Positions 18,721 to 28,389 are shown, counted from the stretch's first letter. The stretch is DNA of 64,000 nucleotides from Candidatus Caldarchaeum sp. (GCA_038890155.1 JAWAFZ010000005.1:505-64504); one strand, 5' to 3'. The notes: generated by a model from the sequence alone, not told the origin. Made by a program: numbers and translations.

Positions 18721-20367
18721 TTAGAGGTTTCGCCACAGCAGGCTGAGGAACCAAACCGTCAAAGCCATGAAGACAGCGGCGAGCGAGAATGCGTTGCTCC
18801 CCGTGTACAGCAGCGCGGGGAGGCTGCCGCTGTAGCCCTCAAGCTCGACCGAGTAAGGCTTCCCGGTGACGGGGTTTATCATCCTCTCAACAGGAGCGTA
18901 CGCGTCGGTCAGCAAGGGGTATTCATCCAAGGGCGGGACCACCGTCCAGAGGCTGGTTTTGACCCTTTCAGCCAGCCATCCATCCCTTACACGTTTCACG
19001 GCGTCTTCTAGGCTGCATGATGAAGAGACGCAGGCGGCGAGGATGAGGTTTTGAACAGTTCCGCTGGAGTATTCCGAGGCCTTGAAGACATAAAGCCTCT
19101 CAAAAACCATTCCAACAGTCTTGTAAGCCGTCCAGAATATTTCAGAGGTGTCGCCCGTAAGGGATGCTATCAGGTTTACGATAAGCACGCCGTCGCTCGA
19201 CATCCTTTTTTTCACCAGCTCGTAGAACTCAAGCGTCATCAAGTGGAACGGGACGTAGGTCTTTGCGTAGGCGTCGAGCACAACGACGTCGTAAACGGCT
19301 TCAACCCTCTGGAGGAACATCCGGCCGTCGTCGACGAAGATTCTGAGCCTATCGGTTTCAGGGACCATGAAAAACTTTTTCGCAGCCTCGACAACGTCTG
19401 GATCAAGCTCAACCACATCGACTTGGATTTGTGAATGGGTTTTGACGAAGTATTTAGGCCCTGAAAAACCACCGCCTCCGACGAACAACACCCTTGAAGC
19501 GTTTGGGTTGAGGGCTGGGCCGAGCTCGAAGAACCGGGTGTATGCGAACACGAGCCTGTAAGGGTCGTTGACCGAGGTTGCGCTGTGGGGCAGGCCGTTC
19601 AAGTACATCGTCAGGATTTCATCCTGCCTCACGACCGCCATGCTGTTGTAGAGGGTTTCCTTGACGTAGATTACTTCTCCGCCCGTGGCCGTGATTGATT
19701 GGACGACGAATCCCGCAGGCGTGAAGACCATCAGGAAGAGAGCGACGGTGATGGCTTTGGATGCTTTCGAAAGGTGGAGGGCTGAAACCGCCATGAGCGA
19801 AGCCCCTCCGGCTAGAATCACAGTCCTCACATCCAAGTTCGGAAGAAGCACGAACACCGTGAGAAAAGTACCTGCTATGCTTCCAGCGGTTGACAACGAG
19901 TAGACGTCGCCCGCCGAAGACCCAACTCTGCTACGCGCCGATGACAGAAGCTTCACGGCGTAGGGGGAAACCATTCCAAGCGGGATGGTTGGAGGCGCAA
20001 GCAGAATGGTTGTAGCAAGCAGGGGCCCAGCTCTTTCATCCAGCCCAGCCGCCGCAACACCCTCCAGCACCATGGGGGAGAGGTATGGGATGGAGAACGT
20101 CAGAAGACCACCGGTGAAGACGATGGCCTCGAGAGTTTTTATGCTGGAGACCCTGTCAGCCAGCCGGCCGCCGAGCCAGTAGCCCGCCGACAGAGCCGTG
20201 AGGACCACTCCGATTAAGCTGCCCCAAACGAAGATGGTGTTTCCGAATATGGGGGCTAGAAGCCTGCTGGAGGCGAGCTCTATGCACATCACGACAGCTC
20301 CCGAGAGAACCACGAGAACCGCCAAGCTAAGGTTTTTCAAACCTGTACCGAGGACCGGCGGGGACAT
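18721..20367 (-). CDS. Spermidine/spermine synthase-family protein fused to an N-terminal ~7-TM membrane domain
   Basis: Residues ~1-210 are hydrophobic helices. C-terminal half carries the aminopropyltransferase fold (VLFVGGGGFSG, VDVVELDPDVV). Confidence 0.7.
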   Translation of the reverse strand: MSPPVLGTGLKNLSLAVLVVLSGAVVMCIELASSRLLAPIFGNTIFVWGSLIGVVLTALSAGYWLGGRLADRVSSIKTLEAIVFTGGLLTFSIPYLSPMVLEGVAAAGLDERAGPLLATTILLAPPTIPLGMVSPYAVKLLSSARSRVGSSAGDVYSLSTAGSIAGTFLTVFVLLPNLDVRTVILAGGASLMAVSALHLSKASKAITVALFLMVFTPAGFVVQSITATGGEVIYVKETLYNSMAVVRQDEILTMYLNGLPHSATSVNDPYRLVFAYTRFFELGPALNPNASRVLFVGGGGFSGPKYFVKTHSQIQVDVVELDPDVVEAAKKFFMVPETDRLRIFVDDGRMFLQRVEAVYDVVVLDAYAKTYVPFHLMTLEFYELVKKRMSSDGVLIVNLIASLTGDTSEIFWTAYKTVGMVFERLYVFKASEYSSGTVQNLILAACVSSSCSLEDAVKRVRDGWLAERVKTSLWTVVPPLDEYPLLTDAYAPVERMINPVTGKPYSVELEGYSGSLPALLYTGSNAFSLAAVFMALTVWFLSLLWRNL

Positions 20368-20410
20368 AATTAACGTTTATCAACAACCCGAACATCCATC
20401 AAGGCCAGAG

Positions 20411-20620
20411 ATGGGAGAGCCATACCTCGACTCTAAAACGTTCTACCAGTGCGTTAAATGCGGGAAGGAGTTTGAGAAGGAGAGGCTTACTAGGCACGCC
20501 GAGTCCCAGTGTCCCTTCTGCGGCTACCATGTCATACGGAAGGCTAAATCGCCGACAGCCAAGCTCATCAAAACATCTGAGCTCGGGAGAGACAGCACGC
20601 TGGGATTCTTCGAGCGTTGA
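20411..20620 (+). CDS. rpoP: RpoP/Rpb12-like zinc-ribbon protein (RNA polymerase subunit P candidate) with a C-terminal extension
   Basis: YQCVKCGKEF...CPFCGYHVIRKAKSP fits the RpoP C-x2-C...C-x2-C consensus including the basic tail. The ORF-track start 20198 overlaps the divergent gene, so ATG 20411 was chosen. Confidence 0.5.
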   Translation: MGEPYLDSKTFYQCVKCGKEFEKERLTRHAESQCPFCGYHVIRKAKSPTAKLIKTSELGRDSTLGFFER

Positions 20621-20717
20621 AACAATACACTGGCCTCTGTTCCTTGCATACATGGATAGTCTGCCTGAACTGCTTAGGGTTAAAGGGTAAAAGCGGCCTT
20701 CTGAGCGCTCTGCTGGA

Positions 20718-21455
20718 ATGCTTAGCCCAGAGGCTGCCGCCTATCTCTGGCCCCTAACTCTTCTAGGCTTGTCTATTGTGTCGAGGGTTTTCCTAGGCCC
20801 TCTATCCGACCTGTTCTCACCGAGGCTAGGAGGGTTCGTGAGGCTGGGCGGGGTCTTCTCCTCTGCCGCGGGGTTGAGTTTATTGTTGTTCGAGGCCTAC
20901 AAGTTCGAGCAGACCCTAGGCCTTCTGCTGACGGTGTCGTGCTGTGTCCTGCTGGCAGTGGGCTACAAGCCTCTGAAGATGGTCGTCGTCGGCGACGCGT
21001 TGAAGGCCGGCGGCGTTCTGAGGGAAGGCGACTACATAGTCCTCGGAAAGCAGACAGCCAGAGTTTCAGAGGTTGGTGCGACGCACACAGTCTTGACAAC
21101 CTCTGACCTGAGGAAGGTCCTCGTACCAAACGACGTTTTCCTAGCCGAGAAGCATGTCAATATGACGAGGTCTGGCGCAGGCGTCCTGACTGTGAGGATA
21201 AAGGTCAACGGCAGGCAGATAAGCATGGCCGACGCCAAGCTCGTGTTGATGAAGACAGGCACTGACCTAGCCAAGGGCGAGATGGCTCCCAACAGGGCTC
21301 CCGAGGTACGTGTGGAGAAGATTGAAGGAGACTTTGCGACGTTGAAGCTTACCATCTACCTGTTGAACCCGGCCAAAGCCGAGTCGCTCGCATCACACAT
21401 TATGGAGAGGGTCTACCTGAAGCTGGCGGAGGTCGCCAGAGAGGCAGTAATCTAG
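20718..21455 (+). CDS. MscS-family mechanosensitive channel-like protein (short form)
   Basis: N-terminal TM helices followed by a beta-domain pattern (GDYIVLGKQTARVSEVGATHTVLTTSDLRKVLVPND). Confidence 0.5.
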   Translation: MLSPEAAAYLWPLTLLGLSIVSRVFLGPLSDLFSPRLGGFVRLGGVFSSAAGLSLLLFEAYKFEQTLGLLLTVSCCVLLAVGYKPLKMVVVGDALKAGGVLREGDYIVLGKQTARVSEVGATHTVLTTSDLRKVLVPNDVFLAEKHVNMTRSGAGVLTVRIKVNGRQISMADAKLVLMKTGTDLAKGEMAPNRAPEVRVEKIEGDFATLKLTIYLLNPAKAESLASHIMERVYLKLAEVAREAVI

Positions 21456-22135
21456 TCCAGCAGCGGGAACACGTTGTCCAGAATGTACTGAATGAACTGG
21501 CCCTCAGACATGCGGGAGAAAGACACGACGACCCCGTTCCTAGTCGCTCCTAGTACGGCGTTGGCTCCCTTGACGGAGAAGACGAGATACCATATCTTGC
21601 CATGAGCCAGATACTCTTCATACTTCCCTGTAGATATTAGGGACTTGCCGTACAGGGCGACTTTGTCGACTCCCGGGTAGTCGAGGTTGTCGAAGAAGAT
21701 GACCTTGGTCGATTCGGGGTTGGCTTCGTGGTGTCTTTGAAGGTTTTCCGGCGGTATCCGGGCCTCCACTATGCTTCTGTAGTTGAGAAAGAGGTGATGC
21801 GACAGGAAGCTGGCTACGTAGTTGGCGAAGTGCTTGTTCTGCACAACCGTGAGATAGATCTTGTTGTTCTTTTTCTGGAAGAAGATCGTCGCCTTCACCG
21901 TTGCAACAATAGGCGTCAGGCCCTCCCTCCGGTTGACATAGATTACTCTGTCCTTGGAAAACGTGCAGTACAGAGCATCATTCTTAAGGTCAAGGTCCGT
22001 CAAATCCGTGACGAGCTCAAACTCCTTGTCTCCATGTTTCTGTGTCTCCGAGACCTTGAAGTCCTTCAGCTTCTCAGCTATCTCCATGAGAGAGGCTTGC
22101 TGTTTGAGCTCGAAGATTTTAGCAGATAAGACCAA
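21452..22135 (-). CDS. Hypothetical protein, last gene of the glycosyltransferase-epimerase operon
   Basis: 227-aa soluble protein with no recognisable motifs. Co-directional with the upstream epimerase, 4-nt gap. Confidence 0.4.
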   Translation of the reverse strand: MVLSAKIFELKQQASLMEIAEKLKDFKVSETQKHGDKEFELVTDLTDLDLKNDALYCTFSKDRVIYVNRREGLTPIVATVKATIFFQKKNNKIYLTVVQNKHFANYVASFLSHHLFLNYRSIVEARIPPENLQRHHEANPESTKVIFFDNLDYPGVDKVALYGKSLISTGKYEEYLAHGKIWYLVFSVKGANAVLGATRNGVVVSFSRMSEGQFIQYILDNVFPLLD

Positions 22136-22139
22136 GCCC

Positions 22140-23054
22140 TCACCATCCTCTTGTCCGTTGCTCGATGTAGGTTTTAAGATTAAACCGGGGCTTGAACCCG
22201 AGATGCTTGAACGCCTTCGAAACGTCGGCTACGCTTTGCTTGATGTCGGCTGGCCTTGAGGGAAGGTGTATGACCTCTATCTTCCGGGACGGTATCGATG
22301 CTTGGATGAGTTGGGCTAGCTCGGCCACTGATACACCTTGCCCCGAACCGATGTTGAAGACTTGATGACCGCCTGCGGCGTTGACAACAGCCTTGAATAC
22401 CGCCTCAGCGACATCATCGACGTGGATGAAGTCCCGCACCTGGCTTCCGTCTCCGAAGACTTTCAAACAGCCTGTTGAGAGGGCGTCTGCGATGAACTGG
22501 TCGACCACTCCGTAAACTCCCCTGCCGGGTCTTACTCTCCCGTACACGTTGAATATCCTGAGCACCGTAGTGCAGATATTTTCCTGCTCGCTCAAGCATC
22601 TCAGCATCTCCTCGGCGACTAGCTTAGTGTTTCCATAGACGGAGACTGGGCTGGTTGGGCTGGTCTCGCTTAGGAGGTCTCCCCCGCCGTATACTGCGGC
22701 TGAGGAGCTGAAGACAATCCTCTCGACGCCCGCCCTTAAGCAGGCTCTAGCCACGTTCTCCACACCCTTGACGTTGACCTCGAAAGCCCGCTTGACATCT
22801 CTCTCGCATGCTGGAACGGATGAAACCGCAGCCAGATGGACAACGGCATCGGCGCCGTTCACAAACTCCTCCAACCCTTCCTCGACACTTACGTCGTGCA
22901 CAAAGACCCTGAGCCTCGGATGAGCCGGCAAGCTCTCCAGCTCGCCGGTCGAGAAGTCGTCAACCACGTCAACGCTGTAGTCTTGCTCAAGAAACTTGAC
23001 CACAGCTCTTGACCCTATGAACCCCGCTCCGCCGGTCACCACAACCCTACTCAA
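22140..23054 (-). CDS. NAD-dependent epimerase/dehydratase (UDP-glucose 4-epimerase-like)
   Basis: N-terminal Rossmann VVVTGGAGFIGS and catalytic YGNTK (YxxxK). Confidence 0.85.
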   Translation of the reverse strand: MSRVVVTGGAGFIGSRAVVKFLEQDYSVDVVDDFSTGELESLPAHPRLRVFVHDVSVEEGLEEFVNGADAVVHLAAVSSVPACERDVKRAFEVNVKGVENVARACLRAGVERIVFSSSAAVYGGGDLLSETSPTSPVSVYGNTKLVAEEMLRCLSEQENICTTVLRIFNVYGRVRPGRGVYGVVDQFIADALSTGCLKVFGDGSQVRDFIHVDDVAEAVFKAVVNAAGGHQVFNIGSGQGVSVAELAQLIQASIPSRKIEVIHLPSRPADIKQSVADVSKAFKHLGFKPRFNLKTYIEQRTRGW

Positions 23055-24072
23055 GACCGTACACCTTCAGGTACCTTGGGAGGACGACGTCCCATGAGTA
23101 GTTTTCCAGGAAATGCTGGTATGCGTTTTCGGCGATCCTGCGGGCTAGCGGCCTGTCGTTGAGGATGGTTGAAACCGCCTCCGTGAGGTCGTCGACGTCC
23201 CTAGGGTTGACCAGCAGGCCCGTCCGGCCGTCTTGTATGAGCTCCACGTTCCCGCCGACGTTGCTGGCCACGACAGGGGTCTTCAGGGCCATGGCTTCCA
23301 GCACTACTGTGCTCAAACCTTCCATCAACGAGGGGAGAACAAGCACATCAGAGCCCTTGATGTACTTTAGAGCGATTCTCCGAGATACTCCACCGGTGAA
23401 GACGATGTTCTTAACTTCTTTCGCCTTCTCCCTGAGTCTTCCAGCCTCAGGCCCGTCCCCCACCACTAGGAACGTGGCTCCTGGAATTCTTCGAGCTAGT
23501 TCTACCACTGCCTCGACATTCTTCTCCCTCGAAAGACGGCCCACGTAAACAGCCTGAACCTCTCCAACCCTAAAAGCCTCCAAGTCATCCCCCGCAACGT
23601 CGACGGCGTTGGGCACGTAAACCACTTCGAGCCCGAGCTTTCTGTAAGCCTTAGCAACTTGACGTGAGACGGTCGTCGAGACGTCAGCCCACCTGACAGA
23701 CACTCTCTCAGCAAGCGATGCCGCCGCACCCAGCAGGCCTCCGTGCAGAAGACCCACCTGCTCAGCGTAAACGCCGTGGAGTGTTAGGACCCGACGACCA
23801 GCATCCGAGAACCTCATCGCCGGAGCGGCTGGGATGTTGTGTGCGTGGACAACCCTCGCACGCATGGAGAAAGACCGTACGGTCGACGACACCATGAACG
23901 AAGGGTTCCTGAGACCCTTGAACCTGACTATGGGTGTGTTCTCGGACGACACTGTGCAGACCCGGTAGCCTCTGCCGGCTAGGCGGTTTGCCAACCCCTC
24001 GACATGCTGCGCTATCCCTCCCATGCCACGGCTGGTCGGCGAGACCAGCATAACGTCGAACACTTCCCTCAA
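23047..24072 (-). CDS. Family 4 (GT-B) glycosyltransferase
   Basis: C-terminal GT1/GT4 pattern EGLSTVVLEAMALKTPVVASNVGG. 341 aa. Overlaps the downstream epimerase by 8 nt. Confidence 0.8.
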   Translation of the reverse strand: MREVFDVMLVSPTSRGMGGIAQHVEGLANRLAGRGYRVCTVSSENTPIVRFKGLRNPSFMVSSTVRSFSMRARVVHAHNIPAAPAMRFSDAGRRVLTLHGVYAEQVGLLHGGLLGAAASLAERVSVRWADVSTTVSRQVAKAYRKLGLEVVYVPNAVDVAGDDLEAFRVGEVQAVYVGRLSREKNVEAVVELARRIPGATFLVVGDGPEAGRLREKAKEVKNIVFTGGVSRRIALKYIKGSDVLVLPSLMEGLSTVVLEAMALKTPVVASNVGGNVELIQDGRTGLLVNPRDVDDLTEAVSTILNDRPLARRIAENAYQHFLENYSWDVVLPRYLKVYGLE

Positions 24073-24149
24073 GCCTGTGATAAACCCACGTCTTAATCTT
24101 TAAATCTGCGCAGAGCCCCGAGAGCCTAGGTGATAGTTTTCTGGGCAAG

Positions 24150-24398
24150 GTGAGGACACGTAAGATAAAGACGCTGGCTAGGGAGATTATGGAGAAGAAC
24201 TCCGACAAGATAACGATAAGCTTTGAGGAGAACAAGAAGCTGGTGAGGAGCGTTCTGGAGGGGAGGTATTCGAAGAAGCTGTCGAACAGGATAGCTGGGT
24301 ACCTCGTGGCTTTGAAGAAGCTTGAAATAAAGAAGGCGAAAGCCGCTGCGGATGCTGCGGCCTTGGCCGAGACATCACCACCGGAGTCTCAGAGCTAG
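24150..24398 (+). CDS. rps17e: 30S ribosomal protein S17e
   Basis: GTG start. KIKTLAREIMEKNSDKITISFEENKK...SKKLSNRIAGY matches the S17e family. Confidence 0.8.
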   Translation: MRTRKIKTLAREIMEKNSDKITISFEENKKLVRSVLEGRYSKKLSNRIAGYLVALKKLEIKKAKAAADAAALAETSPPESQS

Positions 24399-24500
24399 CA
24401 TCGAGCGGGTAGGATGTCGCGGGCTAGAACACTTCAGTGAAAGGCTGGAGTGGCTGTGTTGCGGGCGTGGTTGGAGGTCTCCGTCATGGACATCGTGGCT

Positions 24501-24513
24501 CATAGTTTAAAGC
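24501..24513 (+). promoter_or_regulatory. TATA-like box (CATAGTTTAAAGC) ~29 nt upstream of fen start
   Basis: A/T box in the archaeal TATA position. The same 11-mer catagtttaaa recurs at 36173-36183. Confidence 0.35.
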
Positions 24514-24537
24514 AAGCTCCGGCGACAGGTACGAGGG

Positions 24538-25569
24538 ATGGGTGTTAGGCTGGGCGACATAATCCCCGATTCAGCGGTCGAGAAGACTTCGCTGAAGGGG
24601 CTGTCCGGGAAAACGATAGCTCTCGACGCCTACAACATCCTATACCAGTTCATCGCAACCATCCGAGGACCGGACGGCAGGGCTTTGATGGACAGGCGTG
24701 GAAGAGTGACGAGCCACCTCAGCGGCCTGTTCTTCAGGACGTTGAACTTTTTGCAGGAAAACGTCAAGCCTGTCTACGTCTTCGACGGAAGGCCGCCGGA
24801 GATGAAGAGGATGACCGTGGAGAAGAGAGCTGTGGCTAGGAGGACGGCTGGACAGCTCTACGAGGAGGCGTTGGAAGCGGGCGACGTGGAGGCGGCTAGG
24901 CGTTATGCTCAGCGTGCGGCCAGCCTCGAGAGATACATGGTTGAAAGCTCGGTGGACCTTCTAAAAGCTATGGGGGTTCCCTACGTCATGGCTCCGGCGG
25001 AGGGCGAGGCTCAGGCAGCTTTCATGGCGGCCAAGGGGGTCGTGTACGCCTCAGGCTCGCAAGACATGGATTCGCTGCTGTTCGGCTCTCCTAGGCTAGT
25101 GAGAAACCTGTCCGTCGTTGGGCGACGAAAGCTACCCCGAAGGAACGAGTACGTAGTGGTCGAGCCTGAGATAATCCATCTGGACAAGCTTCTCACCAGC
25201 CTTGGCATCAGCAGAGACCAGCTCATCGACATCGGGCTTCTAGTCGGCACAGACTACTCGCCTCCGGTCAAAGGAGTCGGCCCTAAAACAGCCCTTAAAA
25301 TCATCAAGGAGCACGGCTCCCTCGAGAAAGCTCTGGAAGCTGACGCTGTGGTAGTTGACTTTGACCACGCTGCTGTAAAAAAACTTTTCCAACAACCCTC
25401 GGTCACAGAGGATTACAGGATCGAGTTCCGTGAAATCTCCGACGACGGTGTGATAAGCCTTCTGGTCGATGAGTTTGATTTTTCGAGGGAAAGGGTGGGA
25501 AAGGCTCTGGAGGAGCTTAGACAATCAAAAACCAAGAAGTCGACTAGCCTAGACGAGTTTTTCAGCTGA
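24538..25569 (+). CDS. fen: Flap endonuclease 1
   Basis: MGV.LGDII start. XPG-N/XPG-I motifs (VYVFDGRPPEMK, APAEGEAQAAFM). C-terminal PIP-like LDEFFS. Confidence 0.9.
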   Translation: MGVRLGDIIPDSAVEKTSLKGLSGKTIALDAYNILYQFIATIRGPDGRALMDRRGRVTSHLSGLFFRTLNFLQENVKPVYVFDGRPPEMKRMTVEKRAVARRTAGQLYEEALEAGDVEAARRYAQRAASLERYMVESSVDLLKAMGVPYVMAPAEGEAQAAFMAAKGVVYASGSQDMDSLLFGSPRLVRNLSVVGRRKLPRRNEYVVVEPEIIHLDKLLTSLGISRDQLIDIGLLVGTDYSPPVKGVGPKTALKIIKEHGSLEKALEADAVVVDFDHAAVKKLFQQPSVTEDYRIEFREISDDGVISLLVDEFDFSRERVGKALEELRQSKTKKSTSLDEFFS

Positions 25570-25786
25570 CGTTCTCCACAAGCTCGACGACCTTCCTCTC
25601 CTCGTCGAGGCTGGAAACCCGCACCTTGCCATGAATCTCGAGCTTCATCAAAGCATGCAGAACCTCCTGAAGAGACGCCTTCGGCTCCTGCCTCTTCAAG
25701 TCGTCGTACAAGCTCTGCAGCATCACCTTCCCACCGGCTTTTCTCAGAACCTCTAAAACCCTCGCATGGCTTATCAATCGCTTCAT
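25562..25786 (-). CDS. Small (74 aa) winged-helix-like protein translationally coupled to cdc48
   Basis: Start overlaps the cdc48 stop by 4 nt. Helix-turn-helix-like HARVLEVLRKAGGKVMLQSLYDDL followed by a beta hairpin GKVRV. Confidence 0.35.
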   Translation of the reverse strand: MKRLISHARVLEVLRKAGGKVMLQSLYDDLKRQEPKASLQEVLHALMKLEIHGKVRVSSLDEERKVVELVENVS

Positions 25787-27963
25787 CCAATCATCATCAA
25801 GGGTTTCTCAGAGGACCTGAGGATGTCGCCGACCCTCTCATACTCACGCATCATTTGCGGTGAGATGCTCGGCTTGACGGAGAGCAGCGCTTCCTCAAAA
25901 TCCCTTCTGTACACCTTTTCAGTATCCTTGTCGCGCCGCAAAGCTGCTAGGGCGGCTTCCCTGCAGAGCGACTCTATGTCAGCTCCAGAGAACCCTTCGC
26001 AACGGCTGGCCAGCATCTCGATGTTGACGTCGTCGGCTAGAGGCATCTTCCTCGTGTAGATGTAGAATATCTCGGCCCTTGCCTTCTCGTCGGGCGGCGG
26101 GATGAGCACCAGCCTGTCAAACCTGCCTGGCCTCAGTAGGGCTGGGTCGAGTAGGTCTGGTCTGTTAGTAGCACCTATCACGACTATGTCGTTAAGCTCC
26201 TCGATGCCGTCGATCTCGGCCAAAAGCTGGCTGGCCACTCTGTTGGTCACGCCAGAGCTATCCTCCATCACGTCCTTCCGGGGAGCTATCGCCTCTATCT
26301 CGTCAAAGAAAACCACCGCCGGAGCAGCCTGCCTAGCCTTCCTGAAGATCTCCCTAATCGCCTTCTCAGACTCGCCCACCCATTTAGAGAATACTTCAGG
26401 CCCCTTGACCGTTATGAAGTTGGCCTCGCTTTCTGTGGCGATTGCCTTGGCTAGCAGGGTTTTGCCGCAGCCCGGAGGACCGTAGAGAAGAACTCCACGG
26501 GGCGGCTTGATGCCGAGCTTCTCAAACTTCTCCGGATACTTCAACGGCCATTCAATCATCTCGATGAGCTTCTGCTTCACCGTCTCCAAACCACCTATGT
26601 CCTCCCACCTAACCGTCGGAGTCTCCACCTCAACCTCCCTCAAAGCACTGGGCGTAATCTCCTTGTAGGCGTCTATGAAGTCCTTCATCGTCACCTCTAG
26701 GTTGCTGAGTATCTCGGGAGATATTCTCTCACCCGAGAAGTCTATGTTTGGAAGGATTCGCCTGATGGCTTTCATGGCTGCTTCACGGCAGAGGGCGGCT
26801 AGGTCTGCGCCCGTGTAGCCACGGGTCATCTCGCCGAGCTTCTCGACTGATATGTCCTTGGCTAAGGGCATACCACGGGTGTGAATCGTAAGAATCTCCA
26901 CACGGCCTCTCTTGTCGGGTATGCCTATCTCTATCTCTCTGTCGAACCTTCCAGGCCTCCTAAGAGCTGGGTCAAGTGCGTTGGGCCTGTTGGTGGCGCC
27001 TATGACTATTACCGACCCTCTTCCCTCCAGCCCGTCCATCAAGGCCAGCAGCTGGGCGACGACTCGTTTCTCAACCTCTCCAGTCACCTCGCTTCGCTTC
27101 GGAGCTATTGCGTCTATTTCGTCGATGAATATTATGCTGGGAGCCTCCTCCTCAGCTTTCCTAAAGATGTCTCTGAGCCGGGCCTCGGTTTCTCCGTAGT
27201 ACTTGTTCATTATCTCGGGGCCGTTGATGAGTATAAAGTTGGCCTCGGCCTCCGTAGCCACAGCCTTGGCCAGCAGGGTTTTGCCGCAGCCCGGAGGACC
27301 GTAGAGAAGAACGCCTTTCGGCGGGTCTATGCCAAGCTTCTGGAAAAGCTCGGGGAAACGCAGCGGCAGCTCGATCATCTCCCTCACCCTTTGGATCTGC
27401 TCCTGCAGCCCGCCTATGTCTTCGTACGTGATGCTCGTCCTCAGAGCCTTCTCCTGCATCGCTCTGCTCTGAATTATGAGCTTGGTCTTCGGGGTTATCT
27501 TCGCTATTCCAGAAGGCCTGAGCTGCACGACTGCGAACGTGAAGAGGTTTCCGAAGAAGAGGACGGGGATGATGTTGCGGTGGACAACTGGATACTCTAT
27601 AAGCCGGCTCTTCACCAGCTTGGTGAAGTTTTCGTCGGCCTTGATGGATGTGTTGTAGGGAGCTAGCACGACTACCTGCGCCTCCTTGACGTTCGCCTTC
27701 CGAACTATCACGTAGTCGTTGAGCGACACCCCGGCGTTGTTCCTGATGTGGCCGTCTATACGAATAGTATCCCGATCTTTTTCATCTTCGACGTATCCGA
27801 GCCAGACCGTCGCTGCAGTAAGCTTCTTCCCTCTTATCTCGATAATATCGCCTGTGGAAAGCCCTGACTCAGCTCCCACGTTGCGGTCTATACGAGCAAT
27901 GCCGTAGCCGACATCACGCTGCTTTGCTTCTGCAACCCGAAGCCGCAGCTCTTTAACACTCAT
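25783..27963 (-). CDS. cdc48: CDC48/VCP-like AAA+ ATPase (two AAA domains)
   Basis: N domain present. Two Walker A motifs GPPGCGKT. Two Walker [20 protein letters not shown] regions. 726 aa. Confidence 0.95.
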   Translation of the reverse strand: MSVKELRLRVAEAKQRDVGYGIARIDRNVGAESGLSTGDIIEIRGKKLTAATVWLGYVEDEKDRDTIRIDGHIRNNAGVSLNDYVIVRKANVKEAQVVVLAPYNTSIKADENFTKLVKSRLIEYPVVHRNIIPVLFFGNLFTFAVVQLRPSGIAKITPKTKLIIQSRAMQEKALRTSITYEDIGGLQEQIQRVREMIELPLRFPELFQKLGIDPPKGVLLYGPPGCGKTLLAKAVATEAEANFILINGPEIMNKYYGETEARLRDIFRKAEEEAPSIIFIDEIDAIAPKRSEVTGEVEKRVVAQLLALMDGLEGRGSVIVIGATNRPNALDPALRRPGRFDREIEIGIPDKRGRVEILTIHTRGMPLAKDISVEKLGEMTRGYTGADLAALCREAAMKAIRRILPNIDFSGERISPEILSNLEVTMKDFIDAYKEITPSALREVEVETPTVRWEDIGGLETVKQKLIEMIEWPLKYPEKFEKLGIKPPRGVLLYGPPGCGKTLLAKAIATESEANFITVKGPEVFSKWVGESEKAIREIFRKARQAAPAVVFFDEIEAIAPRKDVMEDSSGVTNRVASQLLAEIDGIEELNDIVVIGATNRPDLLDPALLRPGRFDRLVLIPPPDEKARAEIFYIYTRKMPLADDVNIEMLASRCEGFSGADIESLCREAALAALRRDKDTEKVYRRDFEEALLSVKPSISPQMMREYERVGDILRSSEKPLMMIG

Positions 27964-27985
27964 CTAGAAGAAAAACTTTCAGACG

Positions 27986-27997
27986 TATAATTTAAAT
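27986..27997 (-). promoter_or_regulatory. TATA-like box (minus strand, ATTTAAATTATA) ~28 nt upstream of cdc48 start
   Basis: A/T box at the expected distance. Confidence 0.3.
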
Positions 27998-28389
27998 GAT
28001 AACGGTTCACAAAACACATTCCAACCGTTAAAAAAGCCATTTACGGAGCCTGCTGTATCCAAATTCCTCTTTTTCCCTCCTCCCGTCGGGGGTTCGAAGG
28101 ATACCTCGGGGCCGGGTGATGCGAAGTTTCCAACGCCTTTTGCGGCTTAGCCGTCGCCGACTTTCCGTCAAACACGGCTTCGAGTGGGAACAAACATTTA
28201 CCTGGGTGAGTTTTCACACCTACCAGCAGCTAGAGGTTCATGAAGCCCGTCGAGAATTTGTCACGCCGGTCGATGACCGCTATGTGGTGTTTAGGAAGGT
28301 TTCGATGGAGTTCCACGGTTGTGGCTAGCCATCCGAACCCGCCTCAAAACAGCCACTTCTAACGTCATACTCATCCATCTCTTCTAATA

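Noticed and set aside
20198-20410. Long N-terminal extension of the RpoP-like ORF
   Set aside because: It overlaps the divergent speE-like gene, and the extra residues are non-conserved low-complexity sequence.
26881-27666. 261-aa ORF on the + strand inside cdc48. Similar long ORFs at 46050-46757 (inside the P-type ATPase), 11554-12324 (inside acnA), 9866-10609 (inside radA) and 47998-48531 (inside aRF1).
   Set aside because: All are antisense shadow ORFs of genes with unambiguous motif support. High GC makes long antisense frames common. Their translations are Arg/Ser/Pro-rich with no motifs.
28085-28125. T-loop-like GGTTCGAAGG suggesting a tRNA
   Set aside because: No acceptor/D/anticodon stems can be drawn around it on either strand, and the flanking sequence does not complete a cloverleaf.
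28116-28328. 70-aa ORF in the cdc48/eIF-2B-family intergenic spacer
   Set aside because: Arg-rich, low-complexity translation. No TATA box or SD at the right distance. More likely non-coding.
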